In this document: positions 27,872 to 35,882 of the stretch, piece by piece
How the letters are laid out: each line of letters opens with the position of its first letter
How positions within the stretch are numbered: the stretch's first letter is position 1
Origin: an uncultured virus (IMG/VR IMGVR_UViG_3300012209_000001)
Taxonomy: Duplodnaviria > Heunggongvirae > Uroviricota > Caudoviricetes
Reading direction: 5' to 3' (one strand)
Length of the DNA stretch: 37,616 bases
IMG/VR virus record: IMGVR_UViG_3300012209_000001
Made by a program: the position numbers and the translations under genes
The notes under the pieces: generated by a model
What the model was told of the DNA's origin: nothing
What the model saw: the letters and a program-made list of their open reading frames with translations, nothing else
The model's database searches: none

Positions 27872-28127
27872 GCTTTAGTACTACGTATGACTAACCCATG
27901 CAACGACGTGAATTCTCTCTACAGGCTGATTCACTTGATTTTATCTCATCAGTAATGTTATAACTTGTATGGTTGTTCTAAATACATTTGTACGGTTGTA
28001 TTATCAAGACCGTTTGAGGTTCCTCGATAGCGATAGAGGAATAACTATTGTTAGGTGATTGATACGGTTTGGAACATGTGCGCCTGAAGAGTAAGTGGTA
28101 GACACATTTTCACGAAAGGGAAACATC

Positions 28128-28310
28128 ATGACGCAACGTAACCAGTACACACAATTGTCTTTCTGGCAAGAACCAGAACAGCAGTCCTTGTGGACAGATG
28201 AAGAATTGGACAACTTACCTGTAGAGTGGCCCATGAAACCGTTGGCAGAAGTGCGGCAGATCGTACAATTGGAGTTGCCGTTTGAGTATGAGGATGAAAC
28301 TGTAGGGTAA
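28128..28310 (+). CDS. 60-aa acidic peptide with three clamp-binding-like motifs
   Basis: AAAGGG RBS; QLSFW, QQSLW, QLELPF; own terminator. Confidence 0.65.
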   Translation: MTQRNQYTQLSFWQEPEQQSLWTDEELDNLPVEWPMKPLAEVRQIVQLELPFEYEDETVG

Positions 28311-28350
28311 AAAAAGAGCCTACCCTTCTTGTTGGGTAGGCATTTATTTT
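28309..28350. terminator. bidirectional terminator
   Basis: A tract, GCCTACCC/GGGTAGGC stem, T-rich tail; between convergent genes. Confidence 0.75.
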
Positions 28351-28366
28351 GCTTTAACTGGGTGGC

Positions 28367-28870
28367 TTAGGCTGATATATCATCTCTTTCAGTCCACTCG
28401 TCAAAAGTTGGCGTTCCAATCAGCGTACACCCTCGGAAATACCCAAAGAGATGACCGATACTGAACTCAATAGGCATATCTCTTCCTTGCAGCATCACCA
28501 CGTCTGTAGCTGTACTCACAAAAGCGTTAATAATGTGTTGCTCAGTAAAGGACTGCTCTCCGTAGTCTGATTCTTCATACGCTGCAACCATGCCATAAAA
28601 GTAACCGCTAACGAAGTCCTCGCTCGCTACCAGTACGCCGGGAACCTCTTCAGTGATGATGTGAGGCCTGGCTATTCCATCATCACCAACAACCAGGCCA
28701 GTGTTAATCGTCATGGCATGTGGGTTGCCAAGTACCATTTGTGGCTCAGATCGCTTCTCAGGTGGGAAGGCCTCGCCAGCCGCGATGTTGCGACGTTGCA
28801 GAGGTGTATATTCGAGGATACAATACTTGTTGTCGGTGTCTAACCTTCGTGGAAGTGGAGAGTGATTCAT
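28367..28870 (-). CDS. hypothetical protein
   Basis: AAGGAG RBS; FVSGYFYG and IGHLFGYFRG helices. Confidence 0.6.
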   Translation of the reverse strand: MNHSPLPRRLDTDNKYCILEYTPLQRRNIAAGEAFPPEKRSEPQMVLGNPHAMTINTGLVVGDDGIARPHIITEEVPGVLVASEDFVSGYFYGMVAAYEESDYGEQSFTEQHIINAFVSTATDVVMLQGRDMPIEFSIGHLFGYFRGCTLIGTPTFDEWTERDDISA

Positions 28871-28959
28871 GGTAAGATACTCCTTGGAAATAGATGTAGT
28901 CCCTCGGTTCCAAGCTTAGGACTACCTACTGGCGGCGACTCGTAAAGGGTCGCCATTTT

Positions 28960-29181
28960 TTAGTCTTTAACGTACAAATTTTCGACGTTTTCCAAAGTGA
29001 GCTTTTCGCCAAGCTTTTCACTAAGCGTATTTAACACTTTGTAAGCGAACAGAGTAGACACTGCGTTCTTTTCCTTCCCACTCTCCAACCGATTTACGGT
29101 TGATATGGACACTCCGGCGTTGCTAGCCAGATCAAACACAGACCATCCTGCTCTTTTTCGTAATTCTTTCAAATTAGACAT
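28960..29181 (-). CDS. XRE/Cro-like HTH regulator
   Basis: NLKELRKRAGWSVFDLASNAGVSISTVNRLESG; AAAGGAG RBS. Confidence 0.9.
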   Translation of the reverse strand: MSNLKELRKRAGWSVFDLASNAGVSISTVNRLESGKEKNAVSTLFAYKVLNTLSEKLGEKLTLENVENLYVKD

Positions 29182-29224
29182 GCGAATATCTCCTTTTTTA
29201 ATTTGAAATATCTGTGGCATGCCT

Positions 29225-29329
29225 ATGGTATCTACCGAGTACGACACTGTCAATAAATGCTCCCTTATGTTCCTATGTCAGATATATCTGTGATACACCA
29301 TTGACAAAACGAAGTATAACAGGTATAAT
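29225..29329. promoter_or_regulatory. divergent promoter switch of replication module 2
   Basis: Minus TTGACA(29253)-17-TACCAT; plus TTGACA(29301)-17-TATAAT; palindrome CAGATATATCTG at 29279-29290. Confidence 0.75.
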
Positions 29330-29466
29330 TGTGATTGTCAAGATGTATCTCTGATATGTCTGAAGATCAGCCGAAATAAAGCCTTAGTTTCCACAACTAA
29401 GGCCCTAGCTCAAGTGATGAAGCCCTCGGTCTGCAAAACCAAAGCTTCATCTAGGAGAATTCTATC

Positions 29467-29856
29467 ATGCAAAAGATTGTTAATCAAGCAGCAACCGGGC
29501 AACCTGCAGTAACCAGAATCGTCAGCATCGAACCCTTCATCCCTCGCAGTTACCACGTCCTACTGGTAGAGATGGACACCACAGAGAAGCATGTAATTGT
29601 TTCCTCGCCCGATGTACTCAACCTGAAAGTTTGCTACGTTCACTGTATGACCAAAGAAGTCAAGCACGCCACTGTATTTCACCTGACAGGGCCTATCACA
29701 ATTCATCTCCTCTCAGCCAAAAAGTTTCCCGGCTATTACTACGTGTGCAAGTGGTCAGAGCGCCATCACCGTTATGCCTGTAGCTCTCTAGAGGGTAAAC
29801 AATGCGGTTTCTGCTCTCACATTGATGAATTGGCACAACTTCATCCTGTAGCTTAG
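29467..29856 (+). CDS. hypothetical protein with degenerate SWIM-like finger
   Basis: SAKKFPGYYYV...YACSS...CGFCSH; AGGAG RBS. Confidence 0.6.
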   Translation: MQKIVNQAATGQPAVTRIVSIEPFIPRSYHVLLVEMDTTEKHVIVSSPDVLNLKVCYVHCMTKEVKHATVFHLTGPITIHLLSAKKFPGYYYVCKWSERHHRYACSSLEGKQCGFCSHIDELAQLHPVA

Positions 29857-29923
29857 TTTTCCATGGCTGGTACAAACGATGTACCAGCCCTCTTTGTATT
29901 TTTGAGATAGACGAGGTGTTGTT

Positions 29924-30949
29924 ATGGAAAGTGCAATTATCCCCACGCAGGAACAACTCATCAAGTTCTTTGAGCGTTGCCCCAATATCATCCTCTATGG
30001 GTTCCCCCACGGGGCGGTACAAGACCGATGGGCATTGCTCGCCCTGGTAAGTTACTGTCATGTTGGGATGCATCCCAATTGGACCCTAGACGAGCTAGAA
30101 GGCCCATATAAGTTGTCACTAAGAGAGATAGCCACGATCACTGGGATTGACCATACAGCACTGCGTAAGAGGGCAGGCAAGGACAAGCGAGATGGTGCAC
30201 TAGATCGCTTGCAGCAGTTAGGATATGTCACAATCCTTGACGCCCGACCCATTGATTTCATCAATGGGCAACCCACAGGAAAGCCGCAAACGTACCTCTA
30301 CATTCATCTTAGAAAGCTCTGGGAGGACAATCTTACCTTCAGTGAGACACACCGTATGCCGATGGGGAGGCCCGTGAATCCTCGTGATATTGAAATCGTT
30401 GTGAGTGCCGGTGTTGACGTGGTCAACACACAAAGTACCCCTTCCACTGTTGACCAGGGCAACACCTATGTTGACGACAACAACACACCCGTTGACCACG
30501 TCAACAAGAACGTTGACAGGGGCAACAACCGTGTTGACGACGCACGCTCAAACTCTGCACAAGACTATATAAGACCTATAAGACAAATAAAAGAAAAAGA
30601 AAGACCGTCTCCAGTTTTTGAAATTGAAGATCAGGAACCGGAACCACCACAGAGGGAAGAGTTATCCTTTTCCTTCAAAGCTGACATCACAAGAACATCT
30701 AACGCATTCGGTGAGGCTCATCTAAGCAAAGACACTAGAGAGGCAATCACGCAGATATACAACGAGGAGAAGGGTCATATTGATATGGCTATGTTTCGGA
30801 TAAAGTACGATACAGCAAAAGAAGAGACAAATAGAGCAACATTAGAGCAAGTACAACAATTAGGTTTTTCAGATAAAAGTTCTTATTTGCTACATTGTCT
30901 TCATAAGAAATGCAAACTATTTCATACGTCTATCAACGTATCAGCATGA
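29924..30949 (+). CDS. phage replication initiator (lambda O-like), module 2
   Basis: wHTH-like LSLREIATITGIDHTAL...LDRLQQLGYV; internal palindromic iterons; upstream of a DnaC-like gene. Confidence 0.7.
   Translation: MESAIIPTQEQLIKFFERCPNIILYGFPHGAVQDRWALLALVSYCHVGMHPNWTLDELEGPYKLSLREIATITGIDHTALRKRAGKDKRDGALDRLQQLGYVTILDARPIDFINGQPTGKPQTYLYIHLRKLWEDNLTFSETHRMPMGRPVNPRDIEIVVSAGVDVVNTQSTPSTVDQGNTYVDDNNTPVDHVNKNVDRGNNRVDDARSNSAQDYIRPIRQIKEKERPSPVFEIEDQEPEPPQREELSFSFKADITRTSNAFGEAHLSKDTREAITQIYNEEKGHIDMAMFRIKYDTAKEETNRATLEQVQQLGFSDKSSYLLHCLHKKCKLFHTSINVSA
30413..30606. repeat. putative origin 2: palindromic iterons plus A-rich tract
   Basis: GTTGAC at 30413, 30449, 30470, 30491, 30512, 30533 (21-bp period), five followed by N5-CAAC; AAGAC/A-rich tract 30561-30606. 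Confidence 0.8.
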
Positions 30950-30962
30950 AAGGTAAGGAAAG

Positions 30963-31811
30963 ATGAGACGGAGACAGAAACTCATTGTAGGCAGGAAACA
31001 ACCGCCTAAGAACACGCACGCCGTCAGAAACGAACAGCGTATTCAAGAGTTGCGAACCATGTCCTATCAGGAATACCTACAAACGCCAGAGTGGGCAGCC
31101 AAACGCCAGCAAATCTTAATACGAGATGAGCACCGATGCCGAGTGTGCAATGGCGGTGAGCAATTAAATGTGCACCATCGCACTTACGAGAGACGTGGAG
31201 ACGAAGATTTAAACGACCTGACCACGTTATGCCAGCCCTGCCATGAGTACTTTCATAACCGAAAAGAGCAGGTATCACTTGAACAATTCATAGACCCATT
31301 CAGACGTAACAGTTTTAGAACGTTCAATCCGCGCGTCCCCGGTGTGCAAGAAGCATTTCAGGAATGCGCTGAGTACGCCCGTGACCCGGACGGCTGGTTA
31401 CTCCTGGTAGGGCCATCCGGTTGTGGTAAAACACACTTAGCAACGGCTATAGCCAAGCAGTGCAAAGAAAGAGGAGCGAGTGTATTAAGTTATTCTGTCC
31501 CTGATCTCTTAGATTTCTTGCGCTCAACATCTACCTACTATGAAACATTCAAGCAGATAAAAGAGGTTGAAGTACTGGTATTAGACGACCTGGGAATGCA
31601 ACAAGGTTCACCGTGGGTAACAGAAAAGCTTTTCCAACTTTTTAATCATCGTTACATTTCAGGTTTGCCAACGATTATTATAGCTAGCATTAAAGGATTG
31701 CAAGAACTTGACGAGCGTATTCGCTCCCGCCTCTCCGACAATAGCTTAGTAACGCCGATCATTTTCGAAGATACGCGTGATTATCGGCCCAATCACCCAC
31801 AGCGAGACTAA
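30963..31811 (+). CDS. HNH domain fused to DnaC/IstB-like ATPase
   Basis: YLQTPEW..KR...RDEHRCRVC...VHHRTY...LCQPCH; GPSGCGKT; VLVLDDLG; RIRSRL; DYR. Confidence 0.85.
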   Translation: MRRRQKLIVGRKQPPKNTHAVRNEQRIQELRTMSYQEYLQTPEWAAKRQQILIRDEHRCRVCNGGEQLNVHHRTYERRGDEDLNDLTTLCQPCHEYFHNRKEQVSLEQFIDPFRRNSFRTFNPRVPGVQEAFQECAEYARDPDGWLLLVGPSGCGKTHLATAIAKQCKERGASVLSYSVPDLLDFLRSTSTYYETFKQIKEVEVLVLDDLGMQQGSPWVTEKLFQLFNHRYISGLPTIIIASIKGLQELDERIRSRLSDNSLVTPIIFEDTRDYRPNHPQRD

Positions 31812-31824
31812 AAGGGTGCTCCAT

Positions 31825-32124
31825 ATGCCAGGACCGACAGAAACGCCAGAGCCAGCACAAGCCATTCACCGCGAACATGCGTCGTTGCCAGTGGATATGC
31901 AAATGTGGATGGTTGACACAGCAAGTGAGTTTGGGGAGGATGAGACTGTGTGTGTGAATGAGTTGGTATGGTGTTTCCAGCATACCGGATGTACCGAGGA
32001 GGAGTTCTATAGTAAACTGATTCACGCGTATGGCATAACTGAGAGAAGTAAACGTATGGATATGTTATTCGCAGAGTTCAAGCAATCATTGTTACTGGTG
32101 GTTGACGCCGTGATGGTGTCCTGA
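31825..32124 (+). CDS. hypothetical protein
   Basis: AAAGGG RBS. Confidence 0.5.
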   Translation: MPGPTETPEPAQAIHREHASLPVDMQMWMVDTASEFGEDETVCVNELVWCFQHTGCTEEEFYSKLIHAYGITERSKRMDMLFAEFKQSLLLVVDAVMVS

Positions 32125-32135
32125 GAGGTGAAAGC

Positions 32136-32405
32136 ATGAATTGGGGTCACATTATCGACCTAATGACGGGCAATATTGAAGCGCTAGCGTTTAACCGGCA
32201 ACAAGAGGCGAACACATGGGAGCCGATGATCTTAGCTGAAATGGACCCACCATCCAGCCCTGATGGAAAGATGCGTATCAAATTTGTGCCAAATCGGTGC
32301 AGTCCAGCCTTTCCCGGTGATATGACCTACTACTGGACGAGGGAAGAACTGCTGAAGCGTACACGAAAAGTAGCAGAGACAACGATAGCAGAGGTGAAAG
32401 AGTGA
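32136..32405 (+). CDS. hypothetical protein
   Basis: GAGGTG RBS. Confidence 0.6.
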   Translation: MNWGHIIDLMTGNIEALAFNRQQEANTWEPMILAEMDPPSSPDGKMRIKFVPNRCSPAFPGDMTYYWTREELLKRTRKVAETTIAEVKE

Positions 32406-32644
32406 GTCAGGAAGTCAATTCAATTGAAGAACTTATAGCAGCAGGGACCAGTGAATTACAAATGCTGGCTGATGCGGGTAACACAGTCGCGCAACGTTGG
32501 CTATGGGCTATACGGAACCAGCCCATAACGCCGATGAAACTCAAAGCGTTTGGTGAGATGCGTGTTGCGCTGATGGGTGATGAAAGTGCAGAGGCGAGGC
32601 AAGTATACGAGGCATTATGGCCGAAAGAGGAGAGTGAACAGTGA
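32402..32644 (+). CDS. hypothetical protein
   Basis: GAGGTG RBS; GTGA coupling. Confidence 0.6.
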   Translation: MSQEVNSIEELIAAGTSELQMLADAGNTVAQRWLWAIRNQPITPMKLKAFGEMRVALMGDESAEARQVYEALWPKEESEQ

Positions 32645-32949
32645 GCGAACAAGAAAAGAAGCCAACTACTCACATAGAAGTTACTGAAGAACAAAAAATA
32701 AAATTGCGTGGTTATCTCAAGTTGATGGATGAGGCCGAACGAACTGGTAGGGACTTCAATCTCTTTGATTATCTTTTTCATGACGATATGTGTTCTGTTG
32801 GCCCGTTTCCGATTTTATCGCAAGAGGGTGATAGAGGGACGTATCGTTGTGAAGCCTGTGGTGCGACTTTCATTCGTCGTGTGAGTGTCGCTGAGAAAGA
32901 TTGGAAACACTATCTGCCAGGGCACGAACCGGAGAAAGAAGGATGGTGA
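32641..32949 (+). CDS. hypothetical Zn-ribbon protein
   Basis: HDDMC...YRCEACG; GTGA coupling. Confidence 0.6.
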   Translation: MSEQEKKPTTHIEVTEEQKIKLRGYLKLMDEAERTGRDFNLFDYLFHDDMCSVGPFPILSQEGDRGTYRCEACGATFIRRVSVAEKDWKHYLPGHEPEKEGW

Positions 32950-33323
32950 GCGAGCAAGAACGCTTTATGCTTGATGTGTTACGCCTCTTCTCGCTGGACG
33001 AGACAGATTGCTATAGTATGCTGTTCTGGCGCTGTAAGGAGGCTGGTGGTGTCGAGTTCTTTGTAATTGTCAACGACGTGTTCTGGTGGGCTACAGCCGA
33101 TCTAGAACCAATTATGCCAAAGGACTTGCCAGTGATACGTCAAGCCATAGAGGATGTGCGTAGAGTAGCAGGCAGTAACGCTGGTATGTGCGAAGCATTT
33201 GAATTGTGGGCTGCAAGGAAACGCAAGATGCGACCACAGCAGCCAGCATATCCACAGGATGAGCGATTGAGGGCGCTGTTCGATGAGTGCGGACCTGAGA
33301 GAGCGCCAACTGAAGAGGGGTGA
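32943..33323 (+). CDS. conserved phage hypothetical protein
   Basis: NDVFWWATADLEPI...LWAARKRKMRPQ...LFDECGPER. Confidence 0.7.
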   Translation: MVSEQERFMLDVLRLFSLDETDCYSMLFWRCKEAGGVEFFVIVNDVFWWATADLEPIMPKDLPVIRQAIEDVRRVAGSNAGMCEAFELWAARKRKMRPQQPAYPQDERLRALFDECGPERAPTEEG

Positions 33324-33465
33324 ATCGAAAAATCGGCGTCCCTGCTGCCATCAGGCAACCAGGAAGCGCCGAATGTTTGTGTGTCCAGCGCGATGCTTGT
33401 AGGCAGACAAGCGCTGCTTTGTAAACATTACATGTACAGTGTAGCGCTGTAATGAAATCCAAGGC

Positions 33466-33696
33466 TCACGCTGGAGGGCCACTCGCATTCGTTGGTGGCA
33501 ATTGCCGGGCCTGTGGTGGTGCTGACCCTGGTTGCCATTTAAAAGCGCCTCCAATAAACCAAAAAGCGATAACTGGCGAGACGATAGCCAGGGCATCGCT
33601 CACGTTGACATGGGCAATGATGATGAGTACGGTTGCCATTGCGAGAACGGCGAGTGTGATAATAAGTGCGGGTAGTTCTTGGATGAATGAGTCCAT
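33466..33696 (-). CDS. putative holin (2 TM)
   Basis: Two hydrophobic helices; immediately downstream of the endolysin; GAGGAG RBS. Confidence 0.6.
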   Translation of the reverse strand: MDSFIQELPALIITLAVLAMATVLIIIAHVNVSDALAIVSPVIAFWFIGGAFKWQPGSAPPQARQLPPTNASGPPA

Positions 33697-33708
33697 GATG
33701 TCTCCTCT

Positions 33709-34719
33709 CTACGACGGCTCCAGGTCTTTGATAACGGTTTGTATAGCCGTACCAGCCGATTGTAGCGCTGGTAGAAGACCCTGTAACGTGGTAATGGCGG
33801 CCTGGGTATTGATGGTCACAATGGGGGTTGTAGGGGTCGTTGTGGACGATTGCTTGTCAATGTGAGCCGGATAGCAGGGACCGCTAATCCCTGGTACGCT
33901 ATCCATTTCTTTCTGCGGATCATAGGCGATAATTCCACGCTCAAAATGCTGCTGCGTCACTGCCTTGTACCCTGGCATCTTTTGCTCACCACTGGTAGGC
34001 AATCCGAATTGAGAGAGGCCGTTCAGCCCGGTAGCGGTGCAGGTGCGATAGTAGGTCAGGATGCCGAAGGCGATATCGAAGCCAGTGGACTTGCAGTGCC
34101 ATCTGGTGTCTTTTGTGGTCCCGGTATCAATGAAGTATTGGCTGGCTTGGCTAATGTCTAACACGGTGTCACCTCCTGCTGATTGTGAGCCTCCGAGGTA
34201 GGCTATCAATTCGTCCCACGGATAGGGACCTGGACATCTGGCACGATTGACTTGATCGAAGTCGGCATGAGACACAATACCCGATTGTAGGTCACCACGC
34301 CGTTTTGCTATGCCGTAGTAGTCGCAAATTGCCTGGATGACCTGGAATGAAGCCTGCTTTTGTGGTTCAGTGAGCTGATCGCTATTGTTCGTTGAGGCCT
34401 TGCAGTGCTCGATTGAAATAGTGTAGTAGTTTGGGTTGATGTTGGCGGGCCAGGGCATTGTAGGTTGATCAATCAATCCATTGGACCAGGCCGCTACATC
34501 CATGCTAATTCCCTGAACCACTTCACCGTCTGTACCGATGATGATGTGAGCACTTGCATCAGCCGTATCTCGAAAGAAGTTGGCGATGGCCTCCGCACTG
34601 GTGCCTCCTGCCGTACCGTGTAGGCACACGTGGGTTGGTTTATAGCCCTGCCGGTCCATACTCTTATTGCCATAATCAATCTCGGTAGCTGTGTCAATCC
34701 AACCATTAACTATTTTCAA
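33709..34719 (-). CDS. endolysin, N-acetylmuramoyl-L-alanine amidase (Amidase_2) with LGFP-like repeat
   Basis: CLHGTAG, SAHIII, TISIEH, SHADFD...CPG; FGLPTSGE...QHFERG; GAGGTG RBS. Confidence 0.9.
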   Translation of the reverse strand: MKIVNGWIDTATEIDYGNKSMDRQGYKPTHVCLHGTAGGTSAEAIANFFRDTADASAHIIIGTDGEVVQGISMDVAAWSNGLIDQPTMPWPANINPNYYTISIEHCKASTNNSDQLTEPQKQASFQVIQAICDYYGIAKRRGDLQSGIVSHADFDQVNRARCPGPYPWDELIAYLGGSQSAGGDTVLDISQASQYFIDTGTTKDTRWHCKSTGFDIAFGILTYYRTCTATGLNGLSQFGLPTSGEQKMPGYKAVTQQHFERGIIAYDPQKEMDSVPGISGPCYPAHIDKQSSTTTPTTPIVTINTQAAITTLQGLLPALQSAGTAIQTVIKDLEPS

Positions 34720-34735
34720 TGCGGCACCTCTATAT

Positions 34736-34770
34736 AAACAAAAAAACCACCTTGCGTTTTCGCTGGTGGC
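34736..34770 (-). terminator. intrinsic terminator just upstream of the endolysin RBS
   Basis: GCCACCAGCGAAAACGCAAGGTGG followed by TTTTTTTGTTT on the minus strand. Confidence 0.7.
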
Positions 34771-35045
34771 TCACGGGCTCGTCTGTTTGGACAGCCCGGT
34801 AGCATTCCAAAATACCGGGCCGTGGTCCGCTTGATAGCATCGTCGTAGCAAACAATAAAGTAGCGGACCCATGGGCAGTGTAGCAGATTGAGGGGAGCAA
34901 GGCAACCGAGCATGGGGGATGGTTGCCTTGCTGTAGCCGGTAGATGTGTAGTTGGGCGTTGTTGCCTCGAACATTATAGCAAATTACCGGCGCGTACACA
35001 ACCGAAAACGGCGCGTCAGGATGAGCAACAGACGACCTTGCTGAG
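34770..35045. ncRNA. candidate structured RNA / long leader of the lysis cassette
   Basis: Four perfect 7-12 bp stems enclosed by a 9-bp long-range stem; no credible ORF. Confidence 0.5.
34973..35001 (-). promoter_or_regulatory. extended -10 promoter facing the lysis genes
   Basis: TTGTGT-17-TATAAT with TG extension. Confidence 0.55.
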
Positions 35046-35168
35046 TTGTGACGACTGATTAGCTTACCGTTCAGAGATGGCTTGTCAGAATGATTGTAGC
35101 GAGAAAGTGGAGAGTGAGGGATGAGAGGGCAATTTTGAGAGAGTGCGAACTATTAGTGTGAAAACCTC

Positions 35169-35197
35169 TTGACAACAGTGTGTACACATTGTATGAT
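35169..35197 (+). promoter_or_regulatory. promoter with palindromic operator
   Basis: TTGACA-17-TATGAT; TGTGTACACA at 35179-35188. Confidence 0.75.
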
Positions 35198-35238
35198 GTA
35201 GACATCAGATGAATGTGAAACAAAGTGAGGCAAGAAAT

Positions 35239-35637
35239 ATGGCAAACAGAAAACAGCGCATTAATGTAATGTTAGAAGAGTCTACAGTCGAAGAACTGGA
35301 AAAACAGTATCCAGAGAAACAGCGCAGCGATTTCATTGAACAACAGGTTAGGAGGGGTCTGGGTATGCCAGAAGCAGAAGGGCAAAAAGGATTTGCTGTA
35401 TACGAACGTAGCATTGATGATGGTTTCGGTTCTCAGATTGTCTATGTCAAAGATGGCCGGATAGTGCATCAGTATCTTAGTGCCAGGCAAGGCCACTATA
35501 CTGGTGATGGCAATCCTGAGTGGATAGGGCAAAAAGTCAACGTCTTGTATGGCAATGGCTTCAAAAAGCTGAGAAGTGCGGCAAGAATTCAAGAAATTGA
35601 GATGGAGTGGTTGCAAGAAGAGGTGCTTGAACCATGA
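35239..35637 (+). CDS. RHH (CopG-like) domain fused to an unknown domain
   Basis: KQRINVMLEESTVEELE...RSDFIEQQVRRGL; GAGG RBS. Confidence 0.7.
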   Translation: MANRKQRINVMLEESTVEELEKQYPEKQRSDFIEQQVRRGLGMPEAEGQKGFAVYERSIDDGFGSQIVYVKDGRIVHQYLSARQGHYTGDGNPEWIGQKVNVLYGNGFKKLRSAARIQEIEMEWLQEEVLEP

Positions 35638-35849
35638 GTAACGACGAATTGTTTCGTGATGCTGAGTTCATAGCCTCAGAAGCTGAGTTGCACCAACGCA
35701 AGAACGAGCCGCTTAATACAGAATTGCGCTGCTACATTCAGCCGCACACGATGGAACGTCTGCGTGAGATGGTTGAGGAGCGAAAAACGAGTACTGATGT
35801 TGTTGTGAATATGGCGCTACGGGCGCTGTTGTACGATCAAGGATTTTGA
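35634..35849 (+). CDS. small RHH-like protein
   Basis: LRCYIQPHTMERLREMVEERKTSTDVVVNMALRALL. Confidence 0.6.
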   Translation: MSNDELFRDAEFIASEAELHQRKNEPLNTELRCYIQPHTMERLREMVEERKTSTDVVVNMALRALLYDQGF

Positions 35850-35882
35850 ACGCAGCCAAGCTGCAAAGAAAGGACAGAAACG

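Noticed and set aside
27430..28100. tRNA or tRNA-Sec near the UGA-containing gene
   Set aside because: No cloverleaf, T-loop GTTCRA in context or UCA anticodon arm found by eye; tRNAscan-SE would be decisive
30413..30545. CRISPR-like array
   Set aside because: The period is only 21 bp with no spacers, it lies inside a coding gene and there are no cas genes; it fits iterons
30963..31811. IS21 element (IstB)
   Set aside because: No IstA DDE transposase or terminal repeats; the context is a replication initiator
34770..35045. Retron msr-msd, DGR template or group II intron
   Set aside because: No reverse transcriptase and no TR/VR pair in the window
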